Below, piece by piece: positions 55,276 through 62,774 of a DNA stretch of 64,000 nucleotides. Made by a program: the position numbers and the translations under genes. Each line of letters begins with the position of its first letter. Position 1 is the stretch's first letter. The notes beneath the pieces are model-generated. The model worked only from the letters and a program-made list of their open reading frames with translations, did no database searches and was not told the origin of the DNA. This DNA comes from Oscillospiraceae bacterium (lineage in GTDB: Bacteria > Bacillota > Clostridia > Oscillospirales > Oscillospiraceae). The stretch covers positions 21,558 through 85,557 of the forward strand of contig JAFRDM010000066.1 in assembly GCA_017403885.1 (NCBI GenBank), written 5' to 3'.

Positions 55276-56586
55276 ATGGGATGGAAAGAAGAATACCGCA
55301 GCAAACTGATGAGTATCCCGGAGGCGCTCTCGCTCATCCGCTCGGACGATGTGATCCTCACGCAGAACGGTGTCGCCATGCCCTGCGCCTTGATCGAGGG
55401 GCTGTATGAGCTTCGCGGCCGCGTTGAAAATGTCGAGCTGAATCTCGGCGTGACGAAGCGCGATTTCCGTGTCTTTGGCAAGGAGTCGAACGGCTGCATC
55501 GACATCCGCACCAATTTCCTCTATCCCGGTGAGAGAAATGCCATTCTGCAGGGCTCGCGCATGGGTGTACTGCTCATCGACCTGCACGACACCTTTGCCG
55601 ACAAGCGGGACCACATGTGCCCGAACGTTGCACTGGCAGGAGTCGTCGGTCCGGACGAAAACGGTTATTTCAGCATGGGCCTGCACGGAGGGGACATCCC
55701 TGCCCTCAAGGACCGCTTCGACAGGATCATCGTTCAGGTCAACAACAACTCTCCCTACGTATACGGCGAGGGGAATCTGCTGCACGTCAACGACGTGGAC
55801 GCGATCGTGGAATATGACGAGCCTCTGCAGGAGCTTCCGGTCAAGACGGCGAACGAGCTCGATGAAAAGATCGCCTCCTTCATCATCGACCGGATCCCGG
55901 ACGGCGCCACCATCCAGTTCGGCGTCGGCGGTCCCGGCATGGTGGTGGGGAAAAACCTCACGCACAAGCACGACCTGGGCATCCACACGGAGATGTTCTG
56001 CGACACGATGGTGGATCTGCTCAAGTGCGGCGCGGCCAACAACAGCAAGAAGAAGCTGCTGCCCGGGATTTCCGTCTTCGGCTTCTGCCAGGGCAAGCAG
56101 TCCACCTATGATTTCATCGACCACAACAAGGATTTCGAGTGCCGTTCCTTCTCCTGGGTCAACGACCCCTACATCATCGGACAGAACGACAACGTAGTCT
56201 CGATCAACTCCGCGCTTGCAGTGGATCTGACCGGTCAGGTCTGCGCCGAGAGCATCGGCCTGCGGCAATACAGCGGCACCGGCGGGCACTGCGACTTCGT
56301 TCGCGGCGCGCGCATCAGCCACGGCGGCCAGTCCTTCATCACCTTCTACTCCACCTTCAAGAAGAAAGACGGTACCATCGGCTCGAAGATCGATCTGACG
56401 CTCCCGCTCGGCTCGGCCGTTACGACGAGACGGAACGACGTCCATTGCATCGTCACCGAATACGGCATCGCCGATCTTCGCTACGCGACGATCGAACAGC
56501 GCGTCGAGCGCATGATTTCGATCGCGCATCCCGATTTCCGCGACGAGCTTCGCTTCCGGGCGAAGAAGAACGGTCTGCTCTATTAA
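55276..56586 (+). CDS. Acetyl-CoA hydrolase/transferase-family CoA-transferase (4-hydroxybutyrate CoA-transferase-like)
   Basis: AAGGAG RBS. Motifs ...IPDGATIQFGVGG..., ...INSALAVDLTGQVCAES... and ...YSGTGGHCDF... Confidence 0.85.
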   Translation: MGWKEEYRSKLMSIPEALSLIRSDDVILTQNGVAMPCALIEGLYELRGRVENVELNLGVTKRDFRVFGKESNGCIDIRTNFLYPGERNAILQGSRMGVLLIDLHDTFADKRDHMCPNVALAGVVGPDENGYFSMGLHGGDIPALKDRFDRIIVQVNNNSPYVYGEGNLLHVNDVDAIVEYDEPLQELPVKTANELDEKIASFIIDRIPDGATIQFGVGGPGMVVGKNLTHKHDLGIHTEMFCDTMVDLLKCGAANNSKKKLLPGISVFGFCQGKQSTYDFIDHNKDFECRSFSWVNDPYIIGQNDNVVSINSALAVDLTGQVCAESIGLRQYSGTGGHCDFVRGARISHGGQSFITFYSTFKKKDGTIGSKIDLTLPLGSAVTTRRNDVHCIVTEYGIADLRYATIEQRVERMISIAHPDFRDELRFRAKKNGLLY

Positions 56587-56654
56587 CTTCGTATGATTTC
56601 AGAAGCGAGCCTTCTGACATTATATAAACCTGAAGAACAACGGGAGGATTGTTT

Positions 56655-56858
56655 ATGGCAAAAATTGTCGTCGACTCTGAAGCCTGCAAGGGCTGCGGTC
56701 TTTGCTTTTCCGCCTGTCCGAAGAAGCTGATCAAGGCGGGAGAGGACATCAATTCCAGCGGGTTCAACTATGCCGTCCAGGTCAACGCGGAGCAGTGCAT
56801 AGCCTGTAAATTCTGCGCCATCGTATGTCCTGACGCGGCCATATCGGTCTACAGGTAA
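56655..56858 (+). CDS. 2-oxoacid:ferredoxin oxidoreductase delta subunit (2x[4Fe-4S])
   Basis: CKGCGLCFSACP and CIACKFCAIVCP motifs; GGGAGG RBS. Confidence 0.85.
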   Translation: MAKIVVDSEACKGCGLCFSACPKKLIKAGEDINSSGFNYAVQVNAEQCIACKFCAIVCPDAAISVYR

Positions 56859-56879
56859 AGTAAGGGGGGAAATGAACAA

Positions 56880-57935
56880 ATGGCAAAAAAGGTACTGATG
56901 CAGGGCAACGTCGCCGCTGCGGAAGCGGCGATCCGGGCCGGACTGAATCTCTACGCCGGATATCCGATCACCCCGCAGACGACTTTGACCGAGTACATGT
57001 CCTGGCGTCTGCCGGAGGCGGGCGGCCAGTTCATTCAGGCAGAATGTGAGCCTGCTGCGATCAACATGGTCCTCGGGGCATCGGTCGGCGGCGCGAGAGC
57101 GCTGACCGCCACCTCAGGACCGGGCTTCTCTCTGATGCAGGAAGGCATCAGCGCGATGTGCGGCGGTAAGCTTCCGGGCGTGATCATCAACGTGATGCGT
57201 TCAGGAGCCGGCGGCGGCAGCATCGTCTCCTCTCAGGCGGACTACAACCTGGCCGTCAAGTCGGCCGGCCACGGCGGTCTGCGCAGCCTTGTCCTTGCGC
57301 CATATTCCGTGCAGGAGTTTGTGGACATGGTCTACAACTCTTTCGATCTTGCCGAGAAGTACAACAATCCGGTCGTCATCCTGGCGGACGGCATGATCGG
57401 ACAGATGCACGAGCCCGTCATCATCCCTGAATTCAAGACCGGCACGGACGCGCGGCTGAAGGCGCGCGGCCCCGGCGAAAAGGGTCGGCCCAAGAGAGTG
57501 TTCAAGGACACCGTCTCTGTCCCCGCCCTTGTCGAGAAAGAGTACGACGCCGCCTGCGCCAAGTATGATCTGTGGCAGAAGGAGGCCGTCGAGTATGAAG
57601 ACATGCTTACCGAAGACGCGGAATATCTGATCATCGCGTTCGGCAGCGCCGCAAGGATCTCCTCTGGTGCGGTCAAAGCGCTGCGTGAGGAGGGCGTCAA
57701 GATCGGCATGGTGCGTCCGAAGACACTGTATCCTTTCCCGAAGGAAAGGATCAAGGCGATCGACAAGAATCAGGTGAAAGCGGTCCTCACCGTCGAGATG
57801 GCGCGGCCGGTCATGTTCTATGACGACGTTGCGCTGTATCTTGACCGCGACATCCCGCATTACTCTTGCACACGAGCCGGCGGCGTCATCATTACGCCGG
57901 ACGAGGTGGAAGAGGCTGTCAGAAAGATTCTGTAA
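56880..57935 (+). CDS. 2-oxoacid:ferredoxin oxidoreductase alpha subunit (second set)
   Basis: MAKKVLMQGNVAAAEAAIRAGLNLYAGYPITPQT... is paralogous to 12297-13448. Confidence 0.9.
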   Translation: MAKKVLMQGNVAAAEAAIRAGLNLYAGYPITPQTTLTEYMSWRLPEAGGQFIQAECEPAAINMVLGASVGGARALTATSGPGFSLMQEGISAMCGGKLPGVIINVMRSGAGGGSIVSSQADYNLAVKSAGHGGLRSLVLAPYSVQEFVDMVYNSFDLAEKYNNPVVILADGMIGQMHEPVIIPEFKTGTDARLKARGPGEKGRPKRVFKDTVSVPALVEKEYDAACAKYDLWQKEAVEYEDMLTEDAEYLIIAFGSAARISSGAVKALREEGVKIGMVRPKTLYPFPKERIKAIDKNQVKAVLTVEMARPVMFYDDVALYLDRDIPHYSCTRAGGVIITPDEVEEAVRKIL

Positions 57936-57950
57936 GAAGGGGGAAGAACG

Positions 57951-58700
57951 ATGGAATGTATCTACAAAAAGCCTGCGACTCTCGATCCAAAAGGGAAAAG
58001 CGGCTTTTGTCCCGGCTGCACATACGGCACCGTGGTCAAGCTGATCGCGGAAGTGGTCGAAGAACTGGACATCCGTGAAAGGACCATGCTCCCGATGGGC
58101 GTCGGCTGCGCCGTTTCGGCGAGAGACTGGGTCGACTTCGATTCGATGATGAGCCTTCACGGCCGGACCACGGCCAGCGGTCTGGGCTACAAGCGTGTCC
58201 ACCCCGAGGGGGTCACGATCATCCTGCAGGGCGACGGTGACGCCGTGGCCATCGGCATGGCTGAGTCGGTACACACCGCCAATCGCGGCGAACCCGTCAC
58301 GGTGATCCTTGTCAACAACCAGATCTATGGCCGCACTGGCGGCCAGATGGCTCCGACCACGCTGATCGGGCAGAAATCGACGACCTCCGTCGCCGGAAAG
58401 CGCGTCGAGGACGCTGGTTATCCGATCCACATGGCCGAGCTGATCGCCACGCTGAAGACGCCTCGTTTTGTCGCAAGAGGCAGCGTCCATAATGTCAAGG
58501 AGATCCTCAAGACCAAGGAGCTGATCAAAAAAGCCGTCCGGATCCAGATGGAAGAGAACGCCTACTCCTTTGTGGAGATCGTCACGGCCTGCACGACGAA
58601 CCTGGGCATCCCGACCTCTGAGGTTCCCTCCTATATCGAAGACGTCGTCTTGAAGGAATTCAAGACGGGCGTCATCAAAGACGAGAGCAATCTTAATTAA
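57951..58700 (+). CDS. 2-oxoacid:ferredoxin oxidoreductase beta subunit (TPP-binding, second set)
   Basis: FCPGCTYG and LQGDGDAVAIG motifs. Confidence 0.9.
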   Translation: MECIYKKPATLDPKGKSGFCPGCTYGTVVKLIAEVVEELDIRERTMLPMGVGCAVSARDWVDFDSMMSLHGRTTASGLGYKRVHPEGVTIILQGDGDAVAIGMAESVHTANRGEPVTVILVNNQIYGRTGGQMAPTTLIGQKSTTSVAGKRVEDAGYPIHMAELIATLKTPRFVARGSVHNVKEILKTKELIKKAVRIQMEENAYSFVEIVTACTTNLGIPTSEVPSYIEDVVLKEFKTGVIKDESNLN

Positions 58701-58756
58701 TTCTAAGAGAAAGGAGCAGGTATCGGGCACAGATCCCGTGCCCGAACGGTACTGAT

Positions 58757-59299
58757 ATGGAAACCAGTTTCCTCATGGCCGGATTCGGCGGTCAGGGTGT
58801 ACAGACGCTTGGCAAGGTGCTTGCATACGCGGCAAATGAAGCCGGGAAAAACACGACCTTTCTTCCGGAATACGGCGGAGCCATGCGCGGCGGCACCTCG
58901 AACTGCACCGTCGTGATCGGCGAAGACGATATCGCTTCCCCCTCCCGCCGCAACTACAATTATGTCGTTGCGCTCAACATGCCTTCTTACGAGAAGTTCA
59001 AAAAGAACGTTCTTCCCGGCGGAACGCTGATCGTAAACTCCTCTATCGTGGACTGCCCCGATGAGATCGAGGGGATACACGTTCTGAAGATCCCCGCCAA
59101 CGAGCTGGCGCACCAGGCCGGGTCGATGGTGACGCTCGGCGTCGTCATGATCGGCTTCCTTGTTGCAAAGACCGGCGTGATCCCGCTGGACGAAGCCAAA
59201 GAGCAGACGATCCGTCGCCTCTCCAAGAAAGAGCAGTTCACCGAAATGAACCGGACCGCGTTCGACCTGGGCGCGGGATTCGCGGCACAGGGCTCCTGA
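58757..59299 (+). CDS. 2-oxoacid:ferredoxin oxidoreductase gamma subunit (second set)
   Basis: ...MAGFGGQGVQTLGKVLA... is typical of the gamma subunit. Confidence 0.88.
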   Translation: METSFLMAGFGGQGVQTLGKVLAYAANEAGKNTTFLPEYGGAMRGGTSNCTVVIGEDDIASPSRRNYNYVVALNMPSYEKFKKNVLPGGTLIVNSSIVDCPDEIEGIHVLKIPANELAHQAGSMVTLGVVMIGFLVAKTGVIPLDEAKEQTIRRLSKKEQFTEMNRTAFDLGAGFAAQGS

Positions 59300-59350
59300 G
59301 TCGTATTCCTTTTCGTCCTCTCTTCTTTTTACTCCTTTTCCATAAAAATG

Positions 59351-59388
59351 GAACACCTCCTGATGCTGGGGAGCATCAGGAGGTGTTC
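59351..59388. terminator. Bidirectional terminator hairpin between convergent genes
   Basis: 17-bp perfect stem gaacacctcctgatgct/agcatcaggaggtgttc with a 4-nt loop. Confidence 0.75.
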
Positions 59389-59395
59389 TGTCATT

Positions 59396-60025
59396 TTATT
59401 TTACCGCATTTCTGAGCGCTTCGCTCAACGGGATGCCGCTCCTGACCGCCTGGGCGATCAGCTCGTCCCGCCGTTCTCTCGCCTCCGCCAGCTCACACGC
59501 CCGCTCGGCGAGCACCGCCGGGATGACGAGCACGCCGCTGCCGTCTCCGAAGATCCAGTCGCCCGGTCGTATGGTTTTCCCGCAGACCGTTACCGCGACG
59601 CCTGAACGCGCAAACTTGACGCGCCCCTTTCCCGTCGTCATGCTGCTGCCGCGCGAAAACACGGGAAAGCCGGTCCGCTCCACGCCGTCGACGTCCCGGA
59701 AAGCGCCGTCGATCACAACGGCCTCGATCCCGCGGACCGAAGCGTAAAGAGAGGTGAGATCCCCCCAGACGGAACAGTCCGTCCGCCCGCGGTTGTCGAG
59801 CACAAGGATCTGCCCAGGGGCGGCGTTCCCCACGAAGTCACCAAGCCCGCCTTTCCCGTCGAAAGCCTCGTAGCTCGCGGTGTACGCCGGCCCACAGACG
59901 GTCCCGCTTCCGCACATGCGCTTGATGCCGTACAGTTCGCCCGGCGCGCCCAACTGATCCAGCGCGTCAGAAAGCGCGGAGGAGGAGAGCGCTTTCATCC
60001 TTTCACGCAGTTTCGTATCGTCCAT
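59396..60025 (-). CDS. RraA-family protein (class II aldolase / oxaloacetate decarboxylase-like)
   Basis: ...LSDALDQLG..., ...GQILVLDN...VWGDL... and ...VVIDGAFRD... motifs; GGAGGGG RBS. Confidence 0.8.
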   Translation of the reverse strand: MDDTKLRERMKALSSSALSDALDQLGAPGELYGIKRMCGSGTVCGPAYTASYEAFDGKGGLGDFVGNAAPGQILVLDNRGRTDCSVWGDLTSLYASVRGIEAVVIDGAFRDVDGVERTGFPVFSRGSSMTTGKGRVKFARSGVAVTVCGKTIRPGDWIFGDGSGVLVIPAVLAERACELAEARERRDELIAQAVRSGIPLSEALRNAVK

Positions 60026-60037
60026 GGTGCCCCTCCG

Positions 60038-60874
60038 TTATGACAGCACGCCGGCGGCCGTCAAGACAGCGCTCGTGCTCTCCAGACCGATCCGGAAGGA
60101 TTCCTCCACCGGCAGCTCCCAAAGCTTCGGGTCGAACATCTCCACGCTTACCGCCCAGTCGTATCCGATGCTCTTCAGGTTTTGAAGGATCCTGAGGAGC
60201 GGTACGTCTCCCGTTCCCGGCCAGCAGCGTTCCGCGCGCTTTGCCGTCCCGGGCGCGCGCTTCGGGCAATCGCCGATATGGACGTCAAAGATCTGCTCGC
60301 CCTTTGCCATCAGGATGCCCTCGGGATCGGAGCCCATTCCGTAAAAATGGAAGGTGTCCAGCAGGATCCCGACGTTGTCCCTGCCGACCATGTTGATGAT
60401 CTCAAGGGACTGCTTGAAGGTGTTTACCGAGAAATTCGGAAAGCCGATGAACTCGAAGGCACAGCGCACGTCGTAATCGCGGGCGATGTCGGACAGCAGG
60501 CACAGCGCCTCCGCCGTCCCCTGGCTGATCTCGTCATAGCTCCTGCCGCTGATATCCGCGGAGGGCACGACTTCGAGGTTGTGACAGCCGATCTCACGGC
60601 CGCAGTAGAACAGAAATTCGCACAGCTCCTTGGTCTGCAGCCAGCCCTCCTTGTCCCGGAAAGAGATCTCGTGCACGGCATTGAAGCAGACCGGCTGGAT
60701 CCGGTTTGCCTCTAACAGCTCTTTTACGTCTTCCAGCCGATTGCGGCGAAGAAAGGCGAGAAGTTTGTCTTCCCGGATCTCCATCAGGTCAAATCCGAAT
60801 TTTGCGCAGTTTTCAATATCGCTCCTGAGGTCTCCGTGCTTCATGGCAGTCGTTTCATTAAAGCAAGGTCTCAT
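60038..60874 (-). CDS. Sugar phosphate isomerase/epimerase (xylose-isomerase-like TIM barrel) family protein
   Basis: 278 aa with ...FELMEIR..., ...LEVVP..., ...FEFIGFP... and ...LLDTFHF... pattern. Confidence 0.75.
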   Translation of the reverse strand: MRPCFNETTAMKHGDLRSDIENCAKFGFDLMEIREDKLLAFLRRNRLEDVKELLEANRIQPVCFNAVHEISFRDKEGWLQTKELCEFLFYCGREIGCHNLEVVPSADISGRSYDEISQGTAEALCLLSDIARDYDVRCAFEFIGFPNFSVNTFKQSLEIINMVGRDNVGILLDTFHFYGMGSDPEGILMAKGEQIFDVHIGDCPKRAPGTAKRAERCWPGTGDVPLLRILQNLKSIGYDWAVSVEMFDPKLWELPVEESFRIGLESTSAVLTAAGVLS

Positions 60875-61022
60875 GCATTCACATCCTTTTTTGTTAGTAT
60901 TCGGAGCGGTTTGATTGTATCATTCCCCTCAAAACTGCTTCAAAAAAAGAGCAATCGCACGCCGTGCCGCGTTCGTGTTTTGCGTCCTGAGATTCAACAC
61001 CGGGACAGCAAAAAAACAGACG

Positions 61023-61040
61023 GACCGGCCGCGGCCGGTC
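61023..61040. repeat. Perfect 18-bp palindrome (possible minus-strand terminator)
   Basis: GACCGGCCGCGGCCGGTC, with a TTTTTTT run 6 nt downstream on the minus strand. Confidence 0.5.
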
Positions 61041-61327
61041 GTTCTTCCCGCACGACATGGCGCAGGACTTGCCGCATTCGGCATGGCAGCAGGAGCAGCC
61101 GCTCTTCCGCATGAGAAAGGCGGCCAGGATCCCCGCCGGAAGAGCCTGCAGCCGGGAGAAGATCGACGGTCACCATTCCGCTATGGCCAGCAAGGTCTCA
61201 CGCGGTCTTATGAGCGCAGAGGATCTGGCCGCGATCTTTTCCAGAGGATTAACAGTGACCACGGTGCTGTCCGATGATCGAATGTATCAGGCGGCAGGAA
61301 AAAACAATGTGAATCTTTGATTCTATG

Positions 61328-61372
61328 CAGACAGGTACCTGGATATATGCTTTTCAGGTATCTGTCTGTTTT
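61328..61372 (+). terminator. Strong plus-strand rho-independent terminator-like hairpin in a non-coding region
   Basis: 14-bp stem cagacaggtacctg/caggtatctgtctg (one G-U) followed by ttttg. No convincing upstream plus-strand gene. Confidence 0.5.
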
Positions 61373-61863
61373 GCTGTCTCATATACCCAACAAATCCAGG
61401 GAAAACTTCAACGAACCCGACTCCTGCAACAGGATCACAAAACCACATAAAAGGGAAAAGCCTGCCCCAGACAACCCGAGATCGGCCATGAACGCTGAAG
61501 AGCCCGGAAATGCTGTGGTTTTTACAAAGACAGTACCCTGATTCTGTAATAATCAGGGCGCAGTTTCTGTGTTTTCACACCAAAAAGCACCAAGAAAAGG
61601 GATATTGGTGCACTGGATTCTTTTTTGTGCATTTACGTTTTCTCTTTGGTGCATAGTCAAAGACCCGTGCAGGGGAGGGTCAGCTGTAAGTCATATCACG
61701 CTGAACAATGGAAAAAGGCGATGATCCGTCAGTGATCGCCCAACTCGCATGATTGGGAAATATAACAGTATCATCGCCCGGCAACGCGTCCGACAACACA
61801 AAGTCTGGAATTACCATGCGAGATGAAGTTACCAGGGGGTCGGAAAAGAGCGTTGCCTTTTTC

Positions 61864-61951
61864 TGGTGGGAGAAGTTGGATTTGAACCAACGCAGCCTTG
61901 CGGCAACGGAGTTACAGTCCGCCCCTTTTGACCGGACTCAGGCATTCTCCC
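61864..61951 (-). tRNA. tRNA-Tyr(GTA)
   Basis: Loop CUGUAAC, long variable arm, encoded CCA. Confidence 0.88.
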
Positions 61952-61956
61952 GTATG

Positions 61957-62032
61957 TGGTGGGACCTCCAGGGCTCGAACCTGGGACGCGCAGATCTTCA
62001 GCCTACCGCTCTACCAACTGAGCTAAGGTCCC
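61957..62032 (-). tRNA. tRNA-Phe(GAA)
   Basis: Loop CUGAAGA, A73, perfect T-stem, encoded CCA. Confidence 0.88.
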
Positions 62033-62033
62033 G

Positions 62034-62111
62034 TGGGGTGCGTGACCGGTCTCGAACCGGTGACCTCCAGGGCCACAACCTGGCGCTCTATCCGTCTGAG
62101 CTACACGCAAC
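62034..62111 (-). tRNA. tRNA-His(GTG)
   Basis: Arm CCAGG-UUGUGGC-CCUGG; encoded G-1 opposite C73; U1-C72 mismatch; encoded CCA. Confidence 0.8.
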
Positions 62112-62116
62112 ATAGA

Positions 62117-62191
62117 TGGTTGCAGGGGAGGGGGTTGAACCCTCATGGGGCAGCTTATGAAGCTGTTGCATTTCCGTTCTGCCACCCTGCA
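62117..62191 (-). tRNA. tRNA with CAT anticodon (Met elongator or Ile2-lysidine type)
   Basis: Loop UUCAUAA, U1-A72, T-loop UUCAACC, encoded CCA. Confidence 0.78.
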
Positions 62192-62194
62192 AAA

Positions 62195-62283
62195 TGGTGC
62201 ACGAAGTGAGACTCGAACTCACAAGCCCGGTGCGGGCACCAGATCCTTAGTCTGGCGCGTATTCCTCCTTCCGCCATTCGTGC
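62195..62283 (-). tRNA. tRNA-Leu(AAG) (A34)
   Basis: Type II tRNA with A73. The arm CCAGA-CUAAGGA-UCUGG differs from the array-1 copy by compensatory changes. Confidence 0.8.
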
Positions 62284-62286
62284 ATA

Positions 62287-62362
62287 TGGTACGCCCTCGG
62301 AGATTCGAACTCCGCACTTCCGAATTATAAGTTCGGCGTTCTGCCAACTGAACTAAAGGCGC
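62287..62362 (-). tRNA. tRNA-Ile(TAT)
   Basis: Arm CCGAA-CUUAUAA-UUCGG, so the anticodon is UAU. CCA is encoded. Confidence 0.8.
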
Positions 62363-62365
62363 ATG

Positions 62366-62441
62366 TGGCGCGCTCTACAGGGCTCGAACCTGTGACATGC
62401 GGATTAACAGTCCGCCGCTCTACCGACTGAGCTAAGAACGC
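62366..62441 (-). tRNA. tRNA-Asn(GTT)
   Basis: Arm GCGGA-CUGUUAA-UCCGC; encoded CCA. Confidence 0.88.
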
Positions 62442-62444
62442 ATA

Positions 62445-62520
62445 TGGTACGCCCTGCGGGGCTCGAACCCGCGACCTGCGGTTTAAAAGACCGCTGCTCT
62501 GCCAACTGAGCTAAGAACGC
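62445..62520 (-). tRNA. tRNA-Lys(TTT) copy 1
   Basis: Arm GCGGU-CUUUUAA-ACCGC; encoded CCA. Confidence 0.85.
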
Positions 62521-62523
62521 ATA

Positions 62524-62599
62524 TGGTACGCCCTGCGGGGCTCGAACCCGCGACCTGCGGTTTAAAAGACCGCTACTCTGCCAACTGAGCTAAGAACGT
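62524..62599 (-). tRNA. tRNA-Lys(TTT) copy 2
   Basis: Tandem near-identical copy with two substitutions by hand alignment. Confidence 0.85.
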
Positions 62600-62602
62600 A
62601 TA

Positions 62603-62679
62603 TGGCACGCCCTCCAGGATTCGAACCCGGGACACGCGGATTAGAAATCCGCTGCTCTGTCCGGCTGAGCTAAGGACGT
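62603..62679 (-). tRNA. tRNA-Arg(TCT)
   Basis: Arm GCGGA-UUUCUAA-UCCGC; encoded CCA. Confidence 0.85.
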
Positions 62680-62682
62680 ATA

Positions 62683-62771
62683 TGGCGGAGTGAGAGCGGC
62701 TCGAACGCTCAAGCGCATTTCTGCGCCGCCTCCTTAGCGGGGAGGTCCCTTACCGGTCAGGGTATCACTCC
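62683..62771 (-). tRNA. tRNA-Ser(GCT), with C33
   Basis: Type II tRNA with G73. The arm CCUCC-CCGCUAA-GGAGG gives GCU at 34-36 preceded by C33. Confidence 0.75.
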
Positions 62772-62774
62772 ATA

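Noticed and set aside
60894-61176. Small Cys-rich ORFs (60894-61112 and 60994-61176, minus strand) as real genes
   Set aside because: The Cys-rich frame has a stop just upstream, no start codon or RBS for the hydrophobic part, and it reads through a terminator-like palindrome. It is treated as a gene remnant.
46115-61863. Simple prophage or ICE integrated into tRNA-Lys (attL/attR model)
   Set aside because: No integrase, recombinase, phage or conjugation genes were recognised between the arrays. The full tRNA-Lys genes are also separated from the island by seven other tRNA genes. The region is kept only as a 'bracketed island' observation.
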